The position numbers and the translations under genes were made by a program. A stretch of 63,999 bases of DNA, filler included, from Thermoplasmatota archaeon (GTDB lineage Archaea; Thermoplasmatota; E2; JACPAO01; JAHFTW01): NCBI GenBank assembly GCA_041623215.1. It is 4 parts of 4 records of this genome, joined end to end, with 100 filler letters (N's around TTAATTAATTAA, not from the genome) between each part and the next. Parts side by side here need not be neighbours in the genome. Positions count along the whole stretch, not along the records: positions 19,896 to 39,367 come from JBFJXH010000022.1; 3 more parts are not named here. One strand, 5' to 3'. Every line of letters begins with the position of its first letter. Within the stretch, counting starts at the first letter, position 1. Under the pieces are notes generated by a model. That model saw nothing but the letters and a program-made list of their open reading frames with translations, was not told where the DNA came from and did not search any database. Below, piece by piece: positions 19,796 through 29,725 of the stretch.

Positions 19796-19895
19796 NNNNN
19801 NNNNNNNNNNNNNNNNNNNNNNNNNNNNNNNNNNNNNNNTTAATTAATTAANNNNNNNNNNNNNNNNNNNNNNNNNNNNNNNNNNNNNNNNNNNN
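19796..19895. other. Artificial contig linker
   Basis: N run containing TTAATTAATTAA (stops in all frames). Confidence 0.98.
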
Positions 19896-20209
19896 GCTGC
19901 TCCGCCGGTGGCAAATAGCCAGGTGACAATGAGCCCGGCATCGGCGGCGGTTGTCCATGCCGCGGTCCCTAAAATGCTGGCTCCGCGTTGTGGCTTTGCT
20001 AAGAGGATAAAACCGCTGTAAAGGGGCGCTACGAGGCTGATTGCCAGCGCCAATTGCGGTCGCGTGCCGGCGGGATCCATGAGCCACCAATACACTGTGA
20101 CATTGAACACCACAATAGCCGCCCGCACCCAAGCTACGCCGTCCTCGGCCTGACGAGTGCGCCGTAGAAGGCCAGGCACATCGGCGCGCGTAGCAGCGAC
20201 GCTCGTCAT
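19896..20209 (-). CDS. Multi-TM membrane protein N-terminus (possible sensor input domain), truncated
   Basis: Three hydrophobic segments running into the gap. Confidence 0.5.
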
Positions 20210-20322
20210 CGGTCTAGGTTTGGCCGCGCACCGGTTGAGTCCCCTGGCCCAGGGGGAACGGCCGGCCGGTCGTTTGGGACCTTGACCGAACCCCCCTTGA
20301 ACCACCTGGGGGTCCGCGGGCC

Positions 20323-21285
20323 GTGGGCGTCAATCTGCGCGACCTCTTCCCCCAGCACAGCGTGCCGGACGGCTGGTACCAAGGGAAGCGCATCGCCATC
20401 GACGGCCACAATACCGCCTTCCGGTACCTCACCAGTATTCGCGACCGCGACGGGGATTTGCTGCGATCGAAAGACACCGACCGACCCATTGGCCACATTT
20501 TGGGGTTCACGGGTTTGGTACGCCAGCTGCGGTTAGCCGGCGCCGAGCCCATCGTCATCTGGGACGGCGACATTCATCCACGCAAGCAGGCGACCGTCGA
20601 TGGGCGCATCGCCAAGCGTAAAGCGGCCCTTGAGCAAGCCGAGGCCGCCCGGGCCGCAGGTGACCACGCCTTGTACCGCCGTCTGGCGCCACAAACGACG
20701 TATCTGGACGGCGCGATGATTGAGGATTGTTCGCGCGTCCTCGAGACCGCCGGCGTAGCGGTCATCCGAGCCCCTCACGACGGCGAACGCTATGCCGCCG
20801 CGCTTTGCCATGCGAACATGGCCGATGCCGTTGCCACCGAGGATTTTGACGCGCTCGTGGCGGGTGCCCCGACGGTGCTGCGAAAAGCAGGGAGTGCCCA
20901 GCCATGGCTTCTGCGCTTATCTGACCTCGACCGGCACGGCATCAGTGTGGACCAGTTGCGTCAATTGGCCATTGTCTGTGGAACCGACTGGCACCCAGGT
21001 GTGCGGGGCATGGGACCCAAAACGACGCTCAAGGCGTTCCAGCACCACCCCGACTTGACCGAGGCGTTCAAGGAAGCCGCTGCGGGCGTCGTTGAAACAC
21101 GCCTCCACAAGGCGATTGTCAAGAGCGACCTAGACGCCGAAGAATTTGCTGCCTTGGACAACTACGTGGCAACCTTGCCGGCTCCAGATCCCATTCGAAC
21201 CGCCAAACCGTGCCCGGAAATGGCGAGCGCGGTGGCCGAGGAAGTGGGCGTGGACGCGACGCGCGTTCTGGGCTGTCTTTGCTAA
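20323..21285 (+). CDS. FEN1/XPG-family flap endonuclease-like protein
   Basis: MGV..., IAIDG.N, WDG, APHDGE, TEDFD, GTDW.PGV.G.GPKT (H3TH). Confidence 0.85.
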   Translation: MGVNLRDLFPQHSVPDGWYQGKRIAIDGHNTAFRYLTSIRDRDGDLLRSKDTDRPIGHILGFTGLVRQLRLAGAEPIVIWDGDIHPRKQATVDGRIAKRKAALEQAEAARAAGDHALYRRLAPQTTYLDGAMIEDCSRVLETAGVAVIRAPHDGERYAAALCHANMADAVATEDFDALVAGAPTVLRKAGSAQPWLLRLSDLDRHGISVDQLRQLAIVCGTDWHPGVRGMGPKTTLKAFQHHPDLTEAFKEAAAGVVETRLHKAIVKSDLDAEEFAALDNYVATLPAPDPIRTAKPCPEMASAVAEEVGVDATRVLGCLC

Positions 21286-21298
21286 ACGCCCCGGCGAC

Positions 21299-23215
21299 CT
21301 AACCGCGGAAGACCGGGCGCTGGCTCAATCGTACCGGCAAGGGCAAGGCACCGCGCGGCTCATCACCGAGGTTTGCAGCCACAAAGGCTTGCAGGCCGTC
21401 GAGGTCCATTTCCAACGCGCCCGTGTCGCCTTCGAGGCCGGCCGTGGTTAGCCACTCCGCACTGCGAACCCGCGCCGCAAATTGGCCGGTTTCCGCTTCC
21501 TTCTCGCCAACCACAACGATGACCGGGACCCATTCCTTCTCGGCCGTGCGAATTTTCTTACCGATGCCGGCGGCGTTGTCGTCCACGTCGGCCCGACCGC
21601 CCGCCGCATTGATGGCGCTGGCAAGGTCCAACGCCTGGTCAGTGAAGTCGTCGCTCACGGGCAGGAAGCGCACGTGCGTTGGCGAGAGCCAGAACGGCAG
21701 ACAGGGCTTGCCACCGGCGTCCCGCAGCTTGGCCTGGTGCTCGAGGATTGCACACAGGTTGCGGTCAATCGCGCCACTGATGCTGGCATGCAGTAGCAGC
21801 GGCGTATGGCGCTCCCCGTCTTCACCCGTGTATTCAATGTCAAAGTGATCGCAATTCTGATTGTCAATTTGCACCGTGGACAGCGCGAACGCCTTGTTAG
21901 TGGTGTCATTGACATTGAATTCGAACTTCATGGCAAAGTAGAACGACTGGCTTTCCCACATCTCGACGAGCACAGGTTTCCCAACGGTCTTGGCCAGGCG
22001 GGCCGCGAACTCCTTGTTGTCTTCGTAGAAGGGGCGCACGAACCGGATGGCCGTTTCGAAGGGAACTTCGAGGCTTTCCATCCAATGCTTGGAAAGCCCG
22101 AATTGGTTTTCGAATTCCCACACGGCTTGGTCCATGTCGGCTACGAGCGTGTGCATGTCTGGCATGGTGAAGCACCGGAGGCGCTTGATGCCCGAGGTCT
22201 CGCCCGATTGTTCGCGGCGGAAGGAATAGTGGGTTAGTTCGTAGATACGCGCTGGCAAATGGCGGTAACTTAGCTGAGCGCGGCCCATGGTGAGGTACAT
22301 GCCAAAACAGGCGGCGAAGCGCAGGAACAATTCCTTGTCATCACTCTTGACACGGTATTGCCGCGCCGGGAATTTGTCAAGGTACTTTCGCAGCGCCTCA
22401 TGGTTGACATCGTACATGATGGGCGTCTCGATTTGCAGGCCCCCTGCGTCTCGACACACGTCGTTGATTTTCTGCTCAAGCAAGCGCTTGATGAGCTGGC
22501 CCTTGGGGAACCACCGCATGTTGCCCGTGTCGCTGCCAGGCTCATAGTCCACCAATTCCAGGTTCTTCATCAGTTGAATATGAGCTGGCTCCTTGTTGGC
22601 GGCGCGACTGCCTTTGGCTTCATATTGATAGAAATCACGCAGGCCGGCATTGCCCTTGAAGTCAAACTCATCCGCTGGCGTCAGCGAGCCATCGGTGTCC
22701 AGCACGTACCACGCGGACTTGAGGGAGGCTTCAGCCGCCAAGGCCTTGGATTCGCCGGCCTGCCCATCATCATCCTCGACACCATCCTCGTCGCCAGGCA
22801 ACACATGGCGACTCAGTTCGGATAGTGGATGTCCCTTGCAACTAATGGTGAAGGCCTTGTACCAGCCAAAGGGCGACCGCTTGACCGTGAAGTCTCCCTC
22901 CAATTCCGCTTCCAGGAGTGGCAACGCTTTGGCGCCCACGGATGGTTTTGCGAGGTCCTCCGAAAGGTGTGCGTACGGATACAACATGACGCGGTCGGTG
23001 TTGACTTGGCCAGCAACATCGCGAATCTCGGCGGCGGCTTTGCGAACCGACGACGCCAGGTCAGACTCGTCTGCGGATTCCACTGTGATGAAGGCGCACA
23101 GGCATTCCTCCAGGCGGCCCGACTTCTCGTCATCCGTCAGGTCGGGCGCCGTCTTGATGGCCTTCTTCTTGGCCTCGTAGGAGATGAAGTCGGAGTGGAC
23201 CAGCAGTAGCTTCAC
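21299..23215 (-). CDS. thrS: Threonyl-tRNA synthetase, archaeal type
   Basis: Editing domain (LLLVHSDF, YPYAHLS, PFGWYKAF.I.CKGHPLSELSR); LRFAACFG, FRREQ.GE, FTMPDMH. Confidence 0.96.
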   Translation of the reverse strand: MKLLLVHSDFISYEAKKKAIKTAPDLTDDEKSGRLEECLCAFITVESADESDLASSVRKAAAEIRDVAGQVNTDRVMLYPYAHLSEDLAKPSVGAKALPLLEAELEGDFTVKRSPFGWYKAFTISCKGHPLSELSRHVLPGDEDGVEDDDGQAGESKALAAEASLKSAWYVLDTDGSLTPADEFDFKGNAGLRDFYQYEAKGSRAANKEPAHIQLMKNLELVDYEPGSDTGNMRWFPKGQLIKRLLEQKINDVCRDAGGLQIETPIMYDVNHEALRKYLDKFPARQYRVKSDDKELFLRFAACFGMYLTMGRAQLSYRHLPARIYELTHYSFRREQSGETSGIKRLRCFTMPDMHTLVADMDQAVWEFENQFGLSKHWMESLEVPFETAIRFVRPFYEDNKEFAARLAKTVGKPVLVEMWESQSFYFAMKFEFNVNDTTNKAFALSTVQIDNQNCDHFDIEYTGEDGERHTPLLLHASISGAIDRNLCAILEHQAKLRDAGGKPCLPFWLSPTHVRFLPVSDDFTDQALDLASAINAAGGRADVDDNAAGIGKKIRTAEKEWVPVIVVVGEKEAETGQFAARVRSAEWLTTAGLEGDTGALEMDLDGLQAFVAANLGDEPRGALPLPVRLSQRPVFRG

Positions 23216-23327
23216 GTCGCCGGCGAGTCAGAACCGCCTCAAAGGCGTGGCGGAGTGGCCGTGACCCCCGGCGCAACTTCGCCACTGTTGCCACGGACTT
23301 TAAGTGGCAAGAACGCGCGGTCGGCCC

Positions 23328-24197
23328 ATGCAGCGGTTTGCCGTATTGGCCGCACTCTTGCTGGCTGCGTCCCTGTCGGGTTGCGTCGGCTTTGGCGAAG
23401 GCGATGACGCAGGTGTTGACAACGCGCCGGAGCAGCCACGCCCCCGTTCCAGTCAATTTACTGGCGATGGATGGGCTGACCTGGCGGAGGCAGATATTCG
23501 CCCGGGCATCCAGGTGTACTCCGCTCTGGGATCCCAGTGCACCGCCAATTTCCTGTTTCGGTCACCCGACAACCGAACACTCTACCTTGGCGTCTCTGCC
23601 CATTGCCTCACGGACGAGAATGGGGCCTTGCCCCCCGGCAGTCCCGTGACATCGCCACGCGGCGGTGCGACCGGCACGCGCATTGGGGAAGTCGGATGGT
23701 CTGCCTGGCAGCATGGCGCCGACCTGCAAACCGATTTCGCCCTCATTAAGCTCGACAATTCGCCCCAAGTGCGCGGTGGCGTACATCCGGCCGTCATGCA
23801 CTACGGCGGCCCGACCGGACTAGCCGTGACGGCCGACGTGTTGCCGGGCTCGAAACTGATTAGCTATGGCCACAGCGGTGGACGCGGCCACAATAACCCA
23901 GACAACCCCCGTGAAGGTTGGCTCACCCGTCACGATGAAGCGCGCTTTGGCATGGTGTTTGACCATCCAGGCATCCCGGGCGACTCTGGCAGCGGTGTCA
24001 TGACCGCAGCGGGTCTGGCCATCGGCGCCTTGAGTACCAAAACCATCGACCCCCTCGGCGCCTTGGACCAACGCGAAATGCCAACCCATAACGAGGCGGT
24101 GGGCATTGACGCTGGACTGCGCCTGGCCGCCGCCGATGGCGTCGTCGTCGAATTGGTGACTTGGCCCCTGTTGCAAGGACCGGGAATCCCTGTCTGA
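23328..24197 (+). CDS. Trypsin-like (S1) serine protease lipoprotein
   Basis: Lipobox LSGC; catalytic SAHC, DFAL, GDSGSG. Confidence 0.8.
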   Translation: MQRFAVLAALLLAASLSGCVGFGEGDDAGVDNAPEQPRPRSSQFTGDGWADLAEADIRPGIQVYSALGSQCTANFLFRSPDNRTLYLGVSAHCLTDENGALPPGSPVTSPRGGATGTRIGEVGWSAWQHGADLQTDFALIKLDNSPQVRGGVHPAVMHYGGPTGLAVTADVLPGSKLISYGHSGGRGHNNPDNPREGWLTRHDEARFGMVFDHPGIPGDSGSGVMTAAGLAIGALSTKTIDPLGALDQREMPTHNEAVGIDAGLRLAAADGVVVELVTWPLLQGPGIPV

Positions 24198-24340
24198 CCC
24201 CGCAGCCCTGGCACCTGCAAACTTCTGCGGTTGGCCCAAGATTCACCGGCCTGGTAGGCCACCCGCGGCCCCCTGCCCCAGGGCAAATGTTCCCGAAGCC
24301 CACCAGAATACCTAAGTGCCGCCAAACCCGAAGCAGGAGT

Positions 24341-25333
24341 GTGGGCCGACCGTTGGCCATTGCCATTCTGCTGATTGCGGCGTTCGCGCTACCTGGGTGC
24401 CTGGGCTTCGGCAGCGATGGAGAGGGCGGGGGCGACGACGTTGGGCCCGAAGACGCCTTTGACGACCCGCCCACTGGCGAAGGCGGCAGCGGCGCCCCCG
24501 GCTCCGGCGGGGCGGAACCGCAACCAGAGGACCCTCCTGGCGGCGGACAAAGTGACCCATCCGACCAGGACCCGCAAGGAGAGGGTTCCCGTAACTGGGG
24601 CGAGCCCGCCGACGCCTCGATTCGACCCGGCGTGCAAATTACCACTGCCTACGGCCAGTGCACTAGCAACTTCATTTTCACAACGCCCGCAGGCCATGTG
24701 CTCATCGGGCTGGCGGCCCATTGCTTCGGCACCGACGGCGACGCCACCCAAACCAACGGCTGCACAGCAGAATCCGCGCCCATCGGCACCGAGGCGCAAA
24801 TCCAGGGGGCAAGCCAGCCGGGGCTCCTGTTGTATTCCAGTTGGCTCTCCATGCAAGCCATCAACGAGAGCAGTGCAGCCGCGTGTGCCTTCAATGATTT
24901 CGCGCTGGTTTGGCTCCACCCGGATGACTGGAGCAAGGCACACCCCGCCATGCTGCACTATGGCGGACCAACCGCCATGGCTACCAGCAGCAACACGGCT
25001 CTTGGCGACCGCGTGTTGACGTACGGCAACACGGGCCTTCGCCCCGGCCCCTCAGAACTCGACGAACGGGAAGGCTTCGTCGTCGAGAAACGAGGCGACG
25101 GTTGGACCCACAGCGTAACGACCGCCACGCCCGGCTTGCCCGGCGACTCCGGCAGCGGCGTTCTGACGGGCGGCGGAGAAGCGCTTGGCATCCTCGTCAC
25201 GGTCGCCATTGCGCCGATTCCTGCCAGCAATGGCGTTACGAGCTTGGACCATGCACTAGCGTACGCGGCCGCCATGGGTGTTCCCGTGACGCTTGCAACC
25301 TGGGAGCAGCTCGACGCCGGCTTACTGCCGTAG
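24341..25333 (+). CDS. Trypsin-like (S1) serine protease lipoprotein, tandem paralog
   Basis: Lipobox LPGC; acidic linker; AAHC, DFAL, GDSGSG. Confidence 0.82.
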   Translation: MGRPLAIAILLIAAFALPGCLGFGSDGEGGGDDVGPEDAFDDPPTGEGGSGAPGSGGAEPQPEDPPGGGQSDPSDQDPQGEGSRNWGEPADASIRPGVQITTAYGQCTSNFIFTTPAGHVLIGLAAHCFGTDGDATQTNGCTAESAPIGTEAQIQGASQPGLLLYSSWLSMQAINESSAAACAFNDFALVWLHPDDWSKAHPAMLHYGGPTAMATSSNTALGDRVLTYGNTGLRPGPSELDEREGFVVEKRGDGWTHSVTTATPGLPGDSGSGVLTGGGEALGILVTVAIAPIPASNGVTSLDHALAYAAAMGVPVTLATWEQLDAGLLP

Positions 25334-25371
25334 ACCCCATGCCGTTTATCCCCCAATGCCCTTGATGGGGT

Positions 25372-27348
25372 ATGCGTAGGTGGCAGCGAAGGCTCATGCC
25401 GATTTTCATCGTCGGCGTGCTGGGCCTTGCAAGCGCGACAGTCAACGGAAGCAACGAACCCAGCGAGCCAGCACTTGATGCTGGTTCCCTCGAATGGTCC
25501 GGCAAGTCTAGCTGGATTAGCCAAGACCGACTCATTGTTGGCTTGACGGATGCCCATCAAGCCGGCGACATTCTACAGGCCCTGCCGGACGACCTCCCCA
25601 CCCAGCTCCTTCGCGTTGACGATTCGGCGCACTTCGCCGTGGTCAAGGTGGACGCGGGCACGTGGCGTGAAGCCGCTGAGGCCCTCCGGTCGGTGCCGGG
25701 GGTGCGCTATGTCGAGCCAGATACCATCGTCAAGGCAACCTTCGTGCCCAATGACCCACTGTACACCAGTCAATGGGGCCTGCAAGCCATGCATATGCCG
25801 GATGCATGGGAGTCGGGAACAGGCTCTCATGCAGTCCGGGTTGGCATTATTGACACCGGAATTGAAGCGGGCCACCCGGATCTGGAGAACAATCTGTGCG
25901 AAGCCGGGTACGATTTCCATAACGATGACGCCGACCCCCATGATGGCCACTTCCATGGCACCCACGTGGCCGGAACCGTCGCGGCCGAGATTGACAATGG
26001 CATCGGCGTCGCCGGCATGGCAAATGCTTGCCTCGTAGCGCTCAAGGCACTCTCAGACCAAGGGTGGGGCTACGGCAGTTCGGTGACGTCGGCCATCCAA
26101 TGGGCCGCCGACCACGAGTTGGACATCGCCAGCATGAGCCTCGGCGGGCCACCGGGGTACTATGCCGGCCAAGCGCGCCGTGAAGCGATGCAGAATGCCT
26201 CCGAAGCAGGGGTCCTCTTGGTTGCCGCGGCCGCCAACGACGGCTGCCAACCCATTGCGTTCCCCGCCGCAGCCCCCCAGGTCATGGCTGTTGGAGCGGC
26301 CGACGCGCCGGGACTCACGCGCTCATCGTTCAGTAACTGCGGGCGCCAACTGGAAGTAACCGCGCCAGGCCGCGGCATCATATCTACGCTGATTAGCCAA
26401 TATTGGTACCTTGGCCAGTACTATTCAGCGTCGGGTACCAGCATGGCAGCTCCTCATGTATCAGGCGTGGCCGCGCTTTTGGCGGACCAGCACCCCCACC
26501 TAGGAGCCAACGAATTGCGGTGCCTGCTTCGTGCTTCCGCCGACGACATGCAAGAGCCAGGGTTTGACATGGAAACTGGCTTCGGCATGGTTAACGCGAG
26601 CCGAGCAACCGCTTGGGCATCTAATACGGTGGCCTGCCCGGCCGCCGAGGAGTGGCCACTTCTTGACCAACGCCGCGCCACCTGCGAAACCCCCGGCAAC
26701 GACACCACCTACCGTTGTCAGGTACGGCCCGCAGCCTTCGTGGATATCATGCCCCTGGGTGCGAGTCCCTTGACGCTGGGCGACGACCAACGGCATCAAT
26801 ACGGGCGTTCCTTCGGGTTCGCGTTCCCCTTCTATGACGACAAGCACAGCCGGGCACACATTTGCAGCAACGGCGCCGTGATGTTCGCCCCGTACTACTT
26901 CGATCCGTACGGGAACAACGCGTACTACAATTGCCCCGGGTACGGGGCTATGCCTGGCCACGGCCCCTACGGCCCCAACTTTGTTGCCCTCTTGTGGAAC
27001 GATCTCGACCCTTCGGAGGGCGGCACCATCGCGACCCTGCAGGTCGAAGACCTCAACGGTCGCCGGGGTTTGATTGTGCAATTTACCGACGTACCTCATT
27101 TCTACTACGGCAATCCGCAAACCTTCCAAGGACAATTTTGGAGTGACGGCTGCATCCACGTAGAATACCTGGACGCGGACGGCGTTGGCCACCTGAGTGT
27201 GGGCGGCTTGCAATCAGGCGGAGCGGGCTCGGGCAAATGGTCCGTTCACTCCGTCGGCGCAGACGACCGCACCGACCTTGGCGTGACGTACATGCCCCCC
27301 GGCCAAACCTGCCCGACGCCCATCATGGCCAAGGTGCCGAGCCTGTGA
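25372..27348 (+). CDS. Subtilisin-family (S8) protease with C-terminal NIDO-like domain
   Basis: IIDTG, HGTHVAG, SGTSMAAPHV; C-terminal GFAFPFY...ICSNG...ALLWNDL. Confidence 0.9.
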   Translation: MRRWQRRLMPIFIVGVLGLASATVNGSNEPSEPALDAGSLEWSGKSSWISQDRLIVGLTDAHQAGDILQALPDDLPTQLLRVDDSAHFAVVKVDAGTWREAAEALRSVPGVRYVEPDTIVKATFVPNDPLYTSQWGLQAMHMPDAWESGTGSHAVRVGIIDTGIEAGHPDLENNLCEAGYDFHNDDADPHDGHFHGTHVAGTVAAEIDNGIGVAGMANACLVALKALSDQGWGYGSSVTSAIQWAADHELDIASMSLGGPPGYYAGQARREAMQNASEAGVLLVAAAANDGCQPIAFPAAAPQVMAVGAADAPGLTRSSFSNCGRQLEVTAPGRGIISTLISQYWYLGQYYSASGTSMAAPHVSGVAALLADQHPHLGANELRCLLRASADDMQEPGFDMETGFGMVNASRATAWASNTVACPAAEEWPLLDQRRATCETPGNDTTYRCQVRPAAFVDIMPLGASPLTLGDDQRHQYGRSFGFAFPFYDDKHSRAHICSNGAVMFAPYYFDPYGNNAYYNCPGYGAMPGHGPYGPNFVALLWNDLDPSEGGTIATLQVEDLNGRRGLIVQFTDVPHFYYGNPQTFQGQFWSDGCIHVEYLDADGVGHLSVGGLQSGGAGSGKWSVHSVGADDRTDLGVTYMPPGQTCPTPIMAKVPSL

Positions 27349-27986
27349 GCTCATCGAGCGGCGACAACCACGTACTGCTGGTGCTCAACGGCGAGCCGCC
27401 TCGACCCGAGGATCTTGCCGCCGCAGGTCCCCCTCGCATCGTCATCTGTGCCGACGGCGGGCTGCACCACGCCCTTTCCTTACAGCTCAAGGTGGATGCC
27501 GTTGTGGGGGACCTGGATAGTGTCGATTCCTCCGATATCCCCCCCACCGTGCAAGTGATTCAGTTTCCACGCGCCAAAGACGACACCGACGGCGAGCTTG
27601 CCCTCGCCCATGCGCTTGGCCTAGGGCCAACCAGGCTATCGATTGTGGGCGGCCACGGTGGTCGAACAGCCATGTTCTTGGCCAATCTGAAGTTGCTTCG
27701 ACGGGCACGCGAAGCGGACGTCGCGGCCTGCATGTACGGCGGCCGGGAAGTCATCCAAATGCTAGGCCCAGGCGATACTGCACCCGTTGGGGAAGTGGGC
27801 GGTGGCGTCGATGTCCTAGCCGTGGGCGGTCCGGCTCGCGTGACCCTCACGGGGTGCGCTTGGACCTTGGCGCGCGAATGGTTGCAGCAAACCGAAGCGC
27901 GCGGCGTAAGCAACCAGGTGACGGAGGAATCCGCAGCCATCACCGTGCACGAGGGGCATGTCATCTTGGTTCGGCGGACGGGTTAA
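27345..27986 (+). CDS. thiN: Thiamine pyrophosphokinase
   Basis: CADGG, VGDLDS, KDDTD.ELAL, GVSN. Confidence 0.85.
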   Translation: MSSSSGDNHVLLVLNGEPPRPEDLAAAGPPRIVICADGGLHHALSLQLKVDAVVGDLDSVDSSDIPPTVQVIQFPRAKDDTDGELALAHALGLGPTRLSIVGGHGGRTAMFLANLKLLRRAREADVAACMYGGREVIQMLGPGDTAPVGEVGGGVDVLAVGGPARVTLTGCAWTLAREWLQQTEARGVSNQVTEESAAITVHEGHVILVRRTG

Positions 27987-29404
27987 CGCACGCGCACATC
28001 GAAGAGAACCCGTGTACTGCTGGCCACCGTGTGCGTTCGCTGCACATCGCCCACGGCCGCCAGAGCCGCTTCGAAGCTCGGCGTGTCGTAGGGCATCGGC
28101 GGACCACTGCGGTTGGCCAACATGGCGGCCGCTTGCGGGTCATCCGGGCCCACCCACTCAACGAGCAAGTGCCCGTCGCGGCGCACCAGGCTGGCTAGCC
28201 ACTGCACCAAGTCGTGCAGCGGGACGTGGCCGGTGATGGACAAGTGGTGGACAAGCGCTAGCACGAGGACCACATCCGCCGGTCCGCGCTCCGCGAGGCT
28301 GGCCCGCTCTTGGTGAGCAAAGCCACGTGCAGGAGTCGGGTCGAGAAGGTCCATGCACAACGGCAAGGGACTACCGGCATGACCGCGGATGCGCTGGTAG
28401 TGTTCGGCCGCCGCCGCCGCATCACCCTCAAGCGCCACAACGGTGGCTGCCCCGCATTCCTTGGCCAATCGGCTGTAAGTGCCCGTGTTAGCGCCGAGGT
28501 CCCAGACGACGGCCGGCCCAGGCGCGCTTGCAATGGCTTCCTTGAGCCAGGCGTTTAGCAGCAGTTGCTTGTCGCTCTGGGCATCGTCGGTGTACGTTGG
28601 TTGCGCTTCGCCGTAGCCCGACCAATGCGACGTTGCCTGGGCCGGCTGCAACGATTCAACGGTGCGCCGCAGCGACCCCAGCAAGCCACGAAGCGCTGTG
28701 CCCGACATGGACACCGCCCTCGCCTCCCGGTCCGCCTGTTGGGCCGTCGCGTGATCCTTGCGCGCATGGCGAGCCTCGGCGGCAGCCGGCATATGAAGGT
28801 GCGTCAACAGCCCCGGCTTGAAGCGCGTTCGCCGTGGCAGCAGGCGCGCCGCGAGGTCGACTGGCACCCCATCAAGATGCGCACGCCAGAGCCCTTGCAA
28901 GCGCGCATCAGTATGCGCTACAAGCGCCAACGGCGCAAGGAAATGTCGCAAGAATTGCCCGTAGGCGACCCAGGGTCCACCCTCATCACGCACGAAACTG
29001 AGGGTGTCAATGAATACGGGGCGCCCTCCTATGAATTGGACATTGAAGGCACTGGCGTCCTTCAGGCGCATCCCATGGTCGAGTGCGGCATCCATCACGT
29101 CCAGGGTCAGGACGGCAGCGTCGTACAGTTGTCCCGCCGTCCATTCCTCTGGGTAGGACACGAAGGGAATGCGCTCCGGTTTGATGACACGCGCCGCCTC
29201 TGGCCACAAAACGGAATCAGCATCCTCGTGGCGCACAAGCAATTCACGGCTCGCCAGGGCATCGTAGAGGCCCGTAGTATGCAGCGCCTCCAGGTCCGCC
29301 CGACCGGGCTCAAAAACCGCCCGGAACAAGTCTCCGTCCACAAAGAAAACCCGTCCGCACGGGTCGCGAAACGATCCCGGCTCCACCCGACGCTCAGCGG
29401 CCAT
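27983..29404 (-). CDS. NoeA-like protein (kinase-like N-domain + class I SAM methyltransferase)
   Basis: SFRDP.G, PFVSYP.EW, LKDASAFNVQF, FIDTLSF; VWDLGANTG; LALVHHL. Confidence 0.8.
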   Translation of the reverse strand: MAAERRVEPGSFRDPCGRVFFVDGDLFRAVFEPGRADLEALHTTGLYDALASRELLVRHEDADSVLWPEAARVIKPERIPFVSYPEEWTAGQLYDAAVLTLDVMDAALDHGMRLKDASAFNVQFIGGRPVFIDTLSFVRDEGGPWVAYGQFLRHFLAPLALVAHTDARLQGLWRAHLDGVPVDLAARLLPRRTRFKPGLLTHLHMPAAAEARHARKDHATAQQADREARAVSMSGTALRGLLGSLRRTVESLQPAQATSHWSGYGEAQPTYTDDAQSDKQLLLNAWLKEAIASAPGPAVVWDLGANTGTYSRLAKECGAATVVALEGDAAAAAEHYQRIRGHAGSPLPLCMDLLDPTPARGFAHQERASLAERGPADVVLVLALVHHLSITGHVPLHDLVQWLASLVRRDGHLLVEWVGPDDPQAAAMLANRSGPPMPYDTPSFEAALAAVGDVQRTHTVASSTRVLFDVRVR

Positions 29405-29597
29405 GGTTGGGCTCCTTGGCAGCATCGGCCGCGGAGGTGTCAGGTTTTGACGGCTTTCGGCCCCGCAACCGATCCCACAGCGCTCGGATGCGGCTTCGCA
29501 CGGCGTACAGGAATCCTAGGAAGCCGGCGGCCGCAGCCTGCCACAGGAGGATGGCTGTGCCGCCATCCAAGTATGCCACCACGCCGGGGAGCGTCAC
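29394..29597 (-). CDS. Small single-TM protein with AYLDGGT motif
   Basis: YLDGGT + hydrophobic helix + basic tail; TTTTCA at -29..-24; overlaps the noeA-like start. Confidence 0.6.
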   Translation of the reverse strand: MTLPGVVAYLDGGTAILLWQAAAAGFLGFLYAVRSRIRALWDRLRGRKPSKPDTSAADAAKEPNHGR

Positions 29598-29725
29598 AAG
29601 CGAGCCACACAGCTTGCCCGTGAAAACCGCTTCTAGGCAACCACGTGGTGATTGGCGCGATTTGCCCGGCCACTCGGCGTCCGACCGCCGCAACGGCCAT
29701 GAGGGCGTACGAATGAGGCAGCCGC

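Noticed and set aside
19796..19895. TTAATTAATTAA palindrome inside N runs (also at 39368-39467 and 58261-58360)
   Set aside because: Artificial six-frame-stop linker; ORFs and gene neighbourhoods spanning it are not real
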